Shown here: positions 20,004-28,506 of the stretch, piece after piece
Numbering within the stretch: position 1 is the first letter of the stretch
Layout of the letters: every line of letters starts with the position of its first letter
NCBI GenBank assembly: GCA_963763775.1
Contig: CAVXPZ010000004.1
Span: 352,001 to 416,000, forward strand
Direction: 5' to 3'
Source of the DNA: an uncultured Chloroflexia bacterium
GTDB taxonomy: Bacteria; Chloroflexota; Limnocylindria; Limnocylindrales; CSP1-4
Length of the DNA stretch: 64,000 bases
The notes under the pieces: generated by a model
Told to the model about the DNA's origin: nothing
The model's input: only the letters and a program-made list of their open reading frames with translations
The model's database searches: none
Program-made: the position numbers and the translations under genes

Positions 20004-22742
20004 ATGACCGTCGACGGCTCCGGCGCGGGTGCCACCCGGACCTTCCTGTTCTCGGATATCGAGGGGTCGACGCGGCTCGAGGAGCGGATCGGCACCGAGC
20101 GGTATGCCGCGATCCGCGAACGGCACCGAGCCCTCCTCCGGGCCGCCTTCGCCGCCGCCGGGGGCGAGGAGCAGGGCACCGAGGGCGACTCCTTCTTCGT
20201 CACCTTCGGCAGCGCCCGGGGCGCGGTCGCGGCCGCCGTGGACGCGCAGCGCGCGCTGGTCGCCGAGCCGTGGCCCGAGGATGCGACCGTCCGCGTCCGG
20301 ATGGGGATCCACACCGGCGAGCCCGAGTGGGCCGGCGGATCGCTCGTCGGCCTGGACATCAACCGGGCGGCCCGCATCTCCGCGGCGGCGCACGGCGGCC
20401 AGATCCTGGTCTCGGACGCGACCCGCGCGCTCGTCGCCGGGGCGCTCCCGCCGGACGTCCGCCTCCGGGAGCTCGGGGAGTTCCGGCTGCGGGACCTCAC
20501 GATGCCCGAGCGGCTGTCGCAGGTGGAGGCGGACGGCCTGCCGGCCGCCTTCCCGCCGCCGCGCACGCCGGACGCCCGTGTCACGAACCTGCCGAGCCAG
20601 CTCACGACCTTCGTCGGCCGCCAGGAGGAGCTGGCGGAAGCCGCGGACCTGCTCGAGCGGACGCGCATCCTCACCCTCACCGGCCCCGGCGGCACCGGCA
20701 AGACCCGGATGTCGCTCGCGCTCGCGGAGATGGTCGCGGACCGCTTTCCCGACGGCGTCTACTTCGTGGCGCTCGAGCCGGTCCGCGACCCGATGCTCGT
20801 GCCGTCGCGGATCGCCGCCGCGGTGGGGGTCGCGGAGATCGGGAGCCGGTCCGTCCTCGAGCTGCTCATCGAGTGGCTGGGCGATCGCCACGTCCTGCTC
20901 GTCCTCGACAATTGGGAGCAGGTCATCGAGGCGGCCCCGGTCGCCGCGGAGCTGCTCCGCGCCGCGGACCATCTCAAGATCATCGCGACCAGCCGGGCGG
21001 CGCTGCGAGTCTCCGGGGAGCAGGAGTTCCCGGTCCCCGGTCTCCCGGCCCCGCCGGACCCGTCGGAGCTCTCGACGCTCGAGCGGATGAGCCTGCCCGG
21101 CGGTGCCCGGACCCTCGACGCCGAGGCGATCGGGCACTACGCCGCGGTCAGGCTCTTCATCGAGCGCGCCGTGGCGGTGCGGCCGGGGTTCCGTGTCACC
21201 AACGAGAACGCGCCGGCCGTGGCGGCCATCAGTGCCCGGCTCCACGGCATGCCGCTCGCGATCGAGCTGGCGGCCGCGCGCGTCAAGCTCCTGGCGCCGG
21301 ACGCCATCCTCGCCCGCCTCGAGCACCAGCTCGACCTGCTCGCGGCGGGAAGCCGCGACCTGCCCGCCCGGCAGCAGACACTCCGCGGCGCGATCGCCTG
21401 GAGCTACGACCTGCTCGACGACGGTGCGCGCCGGCTGCTGGATCGCATGTCGGTGTTCGCCGGCAGTTGCGATCTCGAGACGGCCGAGGCGATCTGCGGT
21501 CCAGGGGCCGAGGTCGGTGGCGATGTCGCCGACGGTCTCATGGCCCTCGCCGACCAGAGCCTCATCCGCATCGAGGAGACCCCGAGCGGCGAGCCGCGCT
21601 TCCGGATGCTCGAGTCGATCCGGGAGTTCGCGGCCGAGCGCTTGACGGAACGGGGCGAGACCGACCTCGTCCGGATCCGGCATCGCGACTGGTACCACGC
21701 GCTGGCCGAGTCGGCCTCGGCCGAGCTGTCCGGTGCCGACCAACGGCGCTGGCTCGACCGCCTCGAACTCGAGCACGACGACATCCGCACCGCGCTCGAT
21801 CTCGCCGTGGCCACCCCCGACCCGCCGGTCGCGGTCGGCATGGCCTTCGCCCTGTGGCGGTTCTGGCAGAAGCACGGACACCTGGCGGAGGCGCGCCGCC
21901 GGCTCGATGCGATGGCCGCGGCATCGTGGTCGCACGACGACTCACGGCTTCGTGCCCGCATCCTCGAGGCGCTCGGCGGCGTCTGCTGGTGGCAGGCGGA
22001 CCTGCCGGTGATGCAAGCCTGCTACGAGGAGGCGCTGGCGATCTGGCTGGAGCTTGGCGACGAGCACGAGATCGCCAATGCGTACTACAACGCCTCGTTC
22101 AGCTACGGCCTGTGGAACCAGGCCGGACACGTGTCCGACCCGGAACAGGACGCGATCGGCCGGTCGTACGCGACGGCCGCCCTCGAGGGCTTTCGTCGCC
22201 TGGGCGACCGGCGCGGCGAGGCGAACGCGTTGTGGGGTCTCGGGAACGCCGCCTACTTCCACAGCGAACCGGGGGCCGGGGTCGAGGAGTTCCGGGCCGC
22301 CCTGGAGATCTTCCGCGCCGATGGCGACCGGACGATGGAGGCGTGGTCCCTCCACATGCTCGGCACCGCGCTGATCCGCCAGGGCGACGCGGAGGAGGCG
22401 CGCGGCCACATCGTCCACGCGATCCGCCACTTCGACGCCGCCGGTGATGCCGCCGGCCTGACCCTGACCCTGTACGACATCGCCGCCGTGTCCGTCATGG
22501 AGGGCGACCTGTCGCGGGCGGCGCGGCTGCGCGGGGCGGCGCGGAACCTGAGCACCGAGACCGGCGCGACGCTCGCCACGTTCGTGGAGGACATCTTCGA
22601 GGAGGGGATCCGGCCGAGCGTCCGCGGGGCGCTCACCGAGGAGGAGATCGAGCGGTTAGGCGCCGAGGGCGCGGCGATGACCATGGAGCAGGCCGTGCGG
22701 TACGCCCTCGAGGGCGCCGGCGACGGGTCCGACGAGGCCTGA
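20004..22742 (+). CDS. Class III nucleotide cyclase - STAND (NB-ARC-like) ATPase - TPR protein
   Basis: FSDIEGST, EGDSF, MGIHTGE and INRAAR; GPGGTGKT, LLVLDNWE and GMPLAIELAA; helical repeats at the C-terminus. Confidence 0.9.
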   Translation: MTVDGSGAGATRTFLFSDIEGSTRLEERIGTERYAAIRERHRALLRAAFAAAGGEEQGTEGDSFFVTFGSARGAVAAAVDAQRALVAEPWPEDATVRVRMGIHTGEPEWAGGSLVGLDINRAARISAAAHGGQILVSDATRALVAGALPPDVRLRELGEFRLRDLTMPERLSQVEADGLPAAFPPPRTPDARVTNLPSQLTTFVGRQEELAEAADLLERTRILTLTGPGGTGKTRMSLALAEMVADRFPDGVYFVALEPVRDPMLVPSRIAAAVGVAEIGSRSVLELLIEWLGDRHVLLVLDNWEQVIEAAPVAAELLRAADHLKIIATSRAALRVSGEQEFPVPGLPAPPDPSELSTLERMSLPGGARTLDAEAIGHYAAVRLFIERAVAVRPGFRVTNENAPAVAAISARLHGMPLAIELAAARVKLLAPDAILARLEHQLDLLAAGSRDLPARQQTLRGAIAWSYDLLDDGARRLLDRMSVFAGSCDLETAEAICGPGAEVGGDVADGLMALADQSLIRIEETPSGEPRFRMLESIREFAAERLTERGETDLVRIRHRDWYHALAESASAELSGADQRRWLDRLELEHDDIRTALDLAVATPDPPVAVGMAFALWRFWQKHGHLAEARRRLDAMAAASWSHDDSRLRARILEALGGVCWWQADLPVMQACYEEALAIWLELGDEHEIANAYYNASFSYGLWNQAGHVSDPEQDAIGRSYATAALEGFRRLGDRRGEANALWGLGNAAYFHSEPGAGVEEFRAALEIFRADGDRTMEAWSLHMLGTALIRQGDAEEARGHIVHAIRHFDAAGDAAGLTLTLYDIAAVSVMEGDLSRAARLRGAARNLSTETGATLATFVEDIFEEGIRPSVRGALTEEEIERLGAEGAAMTMEQAVRYALEGAGDGSDEA

Positions 22743-22779
22743 GTGGCCGTCGGCGGTTGCCGCTAGACTGACCCTCCTG

Positions 22780-23664
22780 ATGACGGCCCAGACCATCCCG
22801 CCCGCATCGCCCGACGCCGCGGGGCCGGCGCGCGCGAAGACGGCGATCCCCAAGAACCCGGGGCGTCGCGACCTCGGGATGAAGGCGACGCTGCTCTTCC
22901 CCGACCGCGAGATCGTCGAGAAGTTCTACGTCCCGGTCATCTACACGGCCTGCCGGACGTGCTACTCCGAGCAGGCGCCCGAGGAGATCTTCGACCGCGC
23001 CGTCGCGGGCGACTTCGACGCGCTCAAGATGCAGAAGCTCATCTCCTCGGTCATCGAATCGGGGCATGGCTCGACCATCGAGCATGTCGTCTTCACCTTC
23101 GCCATCACCGGCGTGTCGCGGACGCTGTCGCACCAGCTCGTGCGGCACCGCGCCGGGGTCGCCTTCGACCAGCAGAGCCAGCGCTACGTGAAGTACAAGG
23201 GCGCCGCCGCGATGCTCCCCCACTCCATCGCCGAGGGCGACGACGAGCTGCGCGAACGATACGAATCGCAGGTGGACAGCGCCCTCGAGCTGTACGGCGA
23301 GATGCTCGGCGCGGGCATCCCGGGCGAGGACGCGCGCTTCGTGTTCCCGAACGCCACCCGGACCAACCTCGTGATGACGACCAACCTCCGGGCCCTGATC
23401 CACATGTCCGGCCTGCGTCTGTGCACGATGGCCCAGTGGGAGATCCGCCGCCTCTTCCAGCTGATCCGCCACGAGATCTTCGCGGTGTCGCCGTTCCTCG
23501 GGTCGTTCCTGGCGCCCAAGTGCGTGCCGCTCGGCTATTGCGACGAGTTCAACAACCGCGATGGCCACTGCCCGATCCGGCCGCACAAGGACCGGGTCCT
23601 CGAAGCCTGGGCAGAGAAGGCCGCGGCCGCCAAGGCGTCCGGCCGGGAACTGCCGCAGGCCTGA
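22780..23664 (+). CDS. thyX: FAD-dependent thymidylate synthase
   Basis: GHGSTIEH, HQLVRHR..QQSQRY, EDARFVFP and AQWEIR. Confidence 0.93.
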   Translation: MTAQTIPPASPDAAGPARAKTAIPKNPGRRDLGMKATLLFPDREIVEKFYVPVIYTACRTCYSEQAPEEIFDRAVAGDFDALKMQKLISSVIESGHGSTIEHVVFTFAITGVSRTLSHQLVRHRAGVAFDQQSQRYVKYKGAAAMLPHSIAEGDDELRERYESQVDSALELYGEMLGAGIPGEDARFVFPNATRTNLVMTTNLRALIHMSGLRLCTMAQWEIRRLFQLIRHEIFAVSPFLGSFLAPKCVPLGYCDEFNNRDGHCPIRPHKDRVLEAWAEKAAAAKASGRELPQA

Positions 23665-23693
23665 GACCGGGCCGGGGCGGGGACGAGACCTCC

Positions 23694-24429
23694 ATGAGCG
23701 AGTCCGCGTGGGCGCGTCTCACGGACGCCGTCCAGCGCGATCCGGCGGTGGTCGGCCTCGTCCTCACCGGTGCCCGCGGCAAGGGCGTCTGGACCGACCA
23801 CTCGGATTTCGACGGCCTGCTCGTGGTCGAGGACGCGGCCGTCGAGGCGTGGCGGTCGCGCGACCTCGGCGACCTCGACCTGACGGTGCTCGGCGCGACC
23901 GCCTTCGAGACCTACGCCGAGCCGTTCACGCCCATCGCGTGGCGCGGCTACGACTTCGCCCGATTGACCGCCGTCGTCGACCGCGGCGGCTTCCAGGCGG
24001 CGCTTGACCGGAAGGGCCGGCTCGCGCCGGCCGCCGCCGAAACGATCGCCGAGGAGGCCATCGGCGGGGCGCTGAACCAGCTCTACCGGGCGGCCAAGAG
24101 CCACCGGGACGGATCGGTCCGCGCGGTCCGCCTCGACCTGCTCGAGTTCGTCCCGTACCTGCTCACGAGCCTGTTCGCCCTCGAGGGCCGGCATCGGCCG
24201 TACAACAAGCTGCTGGCCTGGGACCTCGGCGAGGAGCCGCTCCGGGCCGTCGACACCCCGACGCTCCTGACCGATGTCGACGCGGTCGCGATCCATAGCG
24301 GACCTCGCCGCGGCCTGGCGCCTCGAGGCGGTCCTCCAGGCGTCCGGCGCGGCCGCAGGCGTCACGCGCGAGCTCGAGGACTGGGAGGACCACCTCGTGG
24401 TCGTCCGGCCGATCCTCCCGTCCGGCTGA
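23694..24429 (+). CDS. Pol-beta-family nucleotidyltransferase domain protein (probable frameshift at about 24290)
   Basis: LTGARGKG...SDFD motif, then a helical domain with RPYNKL; the alternative frame gives a coherent C-terminus ending at TGA 24429. Confidence 0.7.
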
Positions 24430-24456
24430 CCGAGGCGGGCCGGGCCGGACCGGCCC

Positions 24457-25341
24457 TCAGAGGTCGGACACGAACCGCCGGATCACGCGCGCGAGCCGCG
24501 GACCCGCGACCTCCCCCGAATCCATGACCTCCTGGTGCGTCAGCGGTGCCCCCGTGTACCCGGCACCGGCGTTCGTCACGAGCGAGACGCCGCAGACCTC
24601 CAGGCCCACCCAGCGGGCCGCGATGCACTCGAGCACCGTCGACATCCCGACCGCGTGGCCACCGAGTCCAGCCAGCATGCGCACCTCGGCCGGCGTCTCG
24701 TAGTTGGGACCGGTCAGGCCGATGTACACCCCGTCGGCGAGGGGCACGTCCTCGGCGACACCGGCCGCGTGGAGCCGCTCGTTGAGTCGCGGGCTCCAGG
24801 CATCGGTGAGGTCCGGGAAGCGCGGCCCGAGCGAGTCCGCGTTCTGCCCGATGAGCGGGTTGAGCCCGGTCAGGTTGATGTGGTCGGTCATGACCATGAG
24901 CGTCCCCGGGCCGAACGACGGGTCCAGCCCGCCGGCGGCGTTCGTCAGGACGACGATGGACGCGCCGAGTCGTTGGAACAGCAGCACCGGCTCGATGACC
25001 AGCCCCGGATGGTTGCCCTCGTAGAGGTGGAACCGGCCCTGGAGCAGCACGACCGGCGTCTCACCCAGGGTCCCGAGGAGTAGCCGCCCGGCATGCCCTG
25101 GGGCCGTCGCGGCCGGCCATCCCGGCAGCTCGGCGAACGGGATCGCCACCGGGTCCTCGAGGTCGTCCGCGATGGCACCGAGCCCGGAACCCAGCACGAT
25201 CCCCACCCGGGGCACGAGATCCGTCCGCTCGCGGACCGCCGCCTCGAGCGCGGCGAGGCGCGCCGGCTGCGCGACCGGCGGGATCGGGCGCGTCGGGTCG
25301 AGGGGCCGGCCGGCGTCGGCGGGGAGCGGAAGATCGGACAT
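24457..25341 (-). CDS. punA: Purine nucleoside phosphorylase (trimeric, PunA/XapA type)
   Basis: LGSGLG, GRFHLYEG, TNAAGG, GPNYETPAE, VGMST and VTN. Confidence 0.92.
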   Translation of the reverse strand: MSDLPLPADAGRPLDPTRPIPPVAQPARLAALEAAVRERTDLVPRVGIVLGSGLGAIADDLEDPVAIPFAELPGWPAATAPGHAGRLLLGTLGETPVVLLQGRFHLYEGNHPGLVIEPVLLFQRLGASIVVLTNAAGGLDPSFGPGTLMVMTDHINLTGLNPLIGQNADSLGPRFPDLTDAWSPRLNERLHAAGVAEDVPLADGVYIGLTGPNYETPAEVRMLAGLGGHAVGMSTVLECIAARWVGLEVCGVSLVTNAGAGYTGAPLTHQEVMDSGEVAGPRLARVIRRFVSDL

Positions 25342-25578
25342 GCGGGCCTCCAGGAAACGCGTCCAGGGGGTAGACGGCCGAGGCCCGCAGACTTCGTCGG
25401 CCCGACGGAAGTATCGACACCGGGATGCCGATCACGTCCCGTCGGGCGCGAACCCGCGGGGGAGACCGTGGTGAGACAGCCACCCGAGCTGGGCAACGAA
25501 GCGCCCGAAGCGACCGGCGCTGGATCGAAGGTCCTTGATGCGATCTCGGGTCCTGCGGTCCTGTCGGCCCCTTCGGGC
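25341..25578 (-). promoter_or_regulatory. Structured ~240-nt 5' leader of PNP with SD-sequestering stem (riboswitch candidate)
   Basis: Perfect 10-bp stem 25341-25350/25380-25389 covers GAGG and the A of AUG; further helices upstream. Confidence 0.45.
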
Positions 25579-25585
25579 AAGACCT

Positions 25586-25615
25586 ACGTTAGGGGCGACC
25601 CGGTGGACAGGTCAA
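25586..25615 (-). promoter_or_regulatory. Putative sigma70 promoter for PNP
   Basis: TTGACC-N18-TAACGT on the minus strand. Confidence 0.5.
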
Positions 25616-25696
25616 CGCGGTTATCCACGAAGTTCCGGTGCGGGGCGGCAACCGTATCCACGAAGTCGTCCGCGAGTGTGGACAAGGTGTGGACGA
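25602..25696. promoter_or_regulatory. Cluster of five DnaA-box-like 9-mers
   Basis: CTGTCCACC (rc, 25602), TTATCCACG (25621), GTATCCACG (25654), TTGTCCACA (rc, 25677) and TCGTCCACA (rc, 25688). Confidence 0.55.
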
Positions 25697-25711
25697 TGCC
25701 GACAGCGGCGG

Positions 25712-26761
25712 TCAGCCGCCCATCGCGAACATCTCGACCTTGGGCAGCGTCGAGGTGGCCGCCGAGCGGAGCTCCGAGTAGCGGTCCCCCCGGCGAAGCC
25801 AGATCCGCTCGATGAACGCCGCGAGTTCCGCGTCAGAGGAACCGTCGCGCAGCCGCGCCCGGATGTCCTGTCCGTCCACGGCGAACAGGCAGGTGTAGAG
25901 CTGGCCCTCGGCGGACAGGCGCGCGCGCGTGCAGTCCCCGCAGAACGGCGTCGTCACCGACGTGATGACCCCGAACTCGCCGCGGCCATCCTCGTAGACC
26001 CAGCGGCCCGCGACCTCACCCCGGTAGGACGCGTCGGCCGGGGCCACCGGCCATCGGGCCTTGAGCATCTCGACGATCTCCCCGGCCGGGACCACCTCGT
26101 CGAGTCGCCAGCCGTTGGAATGGCCGACGTCCATGTACTCGATGAACCGAAGCGTGACCCCGGTCTCGCGCGCCCACTCGGCCATCGGCACGATGCTCGC
26201 CTCGTTGATGCCGCGACGCACGACCATGTTCACCTTGACCGGCGCGAGCCCTGCCTCGATGGCGGCATCCACCCCGTCGAGGACGCGCGCGACGGGGAAG
26301 TCGATGCCGTTCATCGCCCCGAAGACCGCGTCGTCGAGCGAGTCGAGGCTGACGGTCACCCGTCCGAGCCCGGCGTCGGCGAGGGGGCGGGCCAGGGCAC
26401 GGAGCGCCGACCCGTTCGTCGTCAGTGTCAGGTCGACGGGCTCGCCGTCCGGCCGGCGGATCGCGGCGAGCATGGCGATGAGGTCCGGGAGGTCGCGGCG
26501 CACGAGCGGCTCCCCGCCGGTGATGCGCAATTTGTGGACACCGAGGCCGACGAAGGTCCGAGCCGCCCGCTCGATCTCCTCGAACCGCAGCACCTGGTCG
26601 CGCGGCAGGAAGGCGTAGTCCCGGCCGAAGACCTCCTTGGGCATGCAATACGTGCATCGGAAGTTGCACCGGTCCGTCACGGAGATCCGCAGATCACGCA
26701 GGGCCCGGCCCCGGGTGTCGATGACGCCGGGGCTGCCGTCGAAGGTGGCCGAGGGATGCAT
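25712..26761 (-). CDS. moaA: GTP 3',8-cyclase
   Basis: LRISVTDRCNFRCTYCMP, FCGDCTRARL...C and C-terminal MGG. Confidence 0.95.
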   Translation of the reverse strand: MHPSATFDGSPGVIDTRGRALRDLRISVTDRCNFRCTYCMPKEVFGRDYAFLPRDQVLRFEEIERAARTFVGLGVHKLRITGGEPLVRRDLPDLIAMLAAIRRPDGEPVDLTLTTNGSALRALARPLADAGLGRVTVSLDSLDDAVFGAMNGIDFPVARVLDGVDAAIEAGLAPVKVNMVVRRGINEASIVPMAEWARETGVTLRFIEYMDVGHSNGWRLDEVVPAGEIVEMLKARWPVAPADASYRGEVAGRWVYEDGRGEFGVITSVTTPFCGDCTRARLSAEGQLYTCLFAVDGQDIRARLRDGSSDAELAAFIERIWLRRGDRYSELRSAATSTLPKVEMFAMGG

Positions 26762-27098
26762 CCGCCTATCGTAGCCCGCGCGCCCGCGAACGCCCATCAA
26801 CGCGGGACCCGTCGCCGACCCGCCCGGACGGTGGTGGCGGGTCACGCCTGCGGCTCCCGCGAGAACCCGTTGACCGGGCGCGCCAACGCCTGTTGCCCGG
26901 GTGCGCCACCACGCGGGTCCCCCGACCCGCCGGTACCACCGGCGCCCACCGCTTGGTACCTCTAGCCAACTGCACCTTTCCGAACCCCGCTGGCACGATG
27001 CCCTCCAGTCCCGGATGCCCGGCCCCCCAGGCCGTCCGCCCTAGACCACTCGACCCAAGCACACCGATCGACCAGCCAACCAGCGAGGACCCCGACGC

Positions 27099-28476
27099 AT
27101 GGCAACGACGGACACGCGACCCGGCTTCCGACTTCCGTGGAGCACCAACGGTGCGGACGCGGAAGGGAACGGCGGCGAGCCAGCCGAGGCCGCTCAGGCG
27201 ACCGACGTCGAAGCGACGGCCGCCCCCGTGGCCGACGCCCCGGCGACCGAGAGTGACGCGCCCGCGTCCGAGGCCCAGGCTGAGGCTCCCGTGGCCGAGC
27301 TCACGCCCGAGCCGGTGCAGCCGGATCCCGAGCCCGAGCCGGTCGTGAGCCCCGAACCGGCGCCGGCGCCCGCCGCCAAGGCGGCGCCGAAGAAGCCGAG
27401 CAAGTTCCTCGCCGACCTCACCCGCGCCATGCAGGCGACGGCCGAGACGTCGCGCAACGAGACCATGGAGCGCTTCTCCGCCGAGGCGAAGACCGCTTCC
27501 GAGCGCGTCCACGCGGTCGCCGCCGACGAGGCCACCGAGCTGCGCCGCGTCGCGGACGACGATGTCGCCGGGATCCGGGACTGGTCGAAGGCCGAGATCG
27601 CCCGCATCCGCGAGGAGACCGAGAACCGCATCTCCGGCCGCAAGGGCGACCTGGAGCACGAGCTCGAGATCCATGCCGGCACCGTCGAGGCTCGCCTCGA
27701 GCGCGTGAACGCCCGTGTCGCCGCCTTCGAGGCCCAGGTCGCCGCGTTCTACGAGCGGCTCTTCGCCGAAGAGGACCCGACGCGCTTCGCGGAGCTCGCC
27801 GAGCAGCTGCCCGAGCCGCCCAGCCTCGATGTGGACGAACTCGATGACGAGATCATGATCGGGATGCCCGCGAAGGCGGTCGCTCCCGTCGAGGAGCCGG
27901 CCGCAGAGGTCGAGGCGGACGTCGCCGAGGCCGAGGCGGAGATCGTCGCCGAGCCCGTCGAGGCCACCGCCGAGGTGAGGCGCTGCGGCGCCCGCCGAGG
28001 CCGTCGCCGAGCCCGCACCGGAGACCGGTGTCGACCCGCGCGTCGCGATGCTCGAGCTCACCCCCGATTTCGAGGCCGCAGAGGCCGAGGCGGCCCTGTC
28101 CGCCGAGACCGACGCCGCCGTCGCCGACGAGATCCCGACGATCGCCGACGAGGTGCTCGCCGCTCGACTGGCCGGCCTCGTGCCGGACGAGAACTCGGGC
28201 TCGAATCCGATCCAGACCACCAAGGTCGTCGTGACCGGCCTCGTCAGCGTGGCCAGCATCGCCGGCTTCAAGCGCCACCTCGGACGCCTCCAGGGCGTGA
28301 CCACGGTCGGCGTGTCCTCCGGGCCGGACGGCGAGTTCGTCTTCTCGGTCCACCACCTGCCGACCATGGACCTCGCCGCGGGGATCCAGGGCCTGCCGGG
28401 CTTCGAGAGCCGGATCACCAGCCAGAGCGATGGCGCCATCGAGGTCGCGGCGCGCGACCCTGAGGCTCACGACTGA
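27099..28476 (+). CDS. Acidic coiled-coil hypothetical protein (frameshift at about 27985)
   Basis: GAGGA SD; A/E/P-rich ends, central heptad-like helix and compact C-terminal alpha/beta domain in ORF 28048..28476. Confidence 0.7.
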
Positions 28477-28506
28477 CCCCAGCGCGACCAACGAAGAGGA
28501 GATAGC

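Noticed and set aside
17436-22742. Pycsar/CBASS/Avs anti-phage system
   Set aside because: The CNBDs lack TIR or TM effectors; GC and codon style match the host; cyclase-STAND-TPR proteins are common signalling proteins in such genomes
25602-25696. Definitive oriC call
   Set aside because: No dnaA/dnaN, AT-rich unwinding element or DnaA-trio run visible; kept only as a DnaA-box cluster
26762-27098. Moco riboswitch upstream of moaA
   Set aside because: moaA appears leaderless (TACGAT 6 nt before ATG); only generic GC hairpins are present
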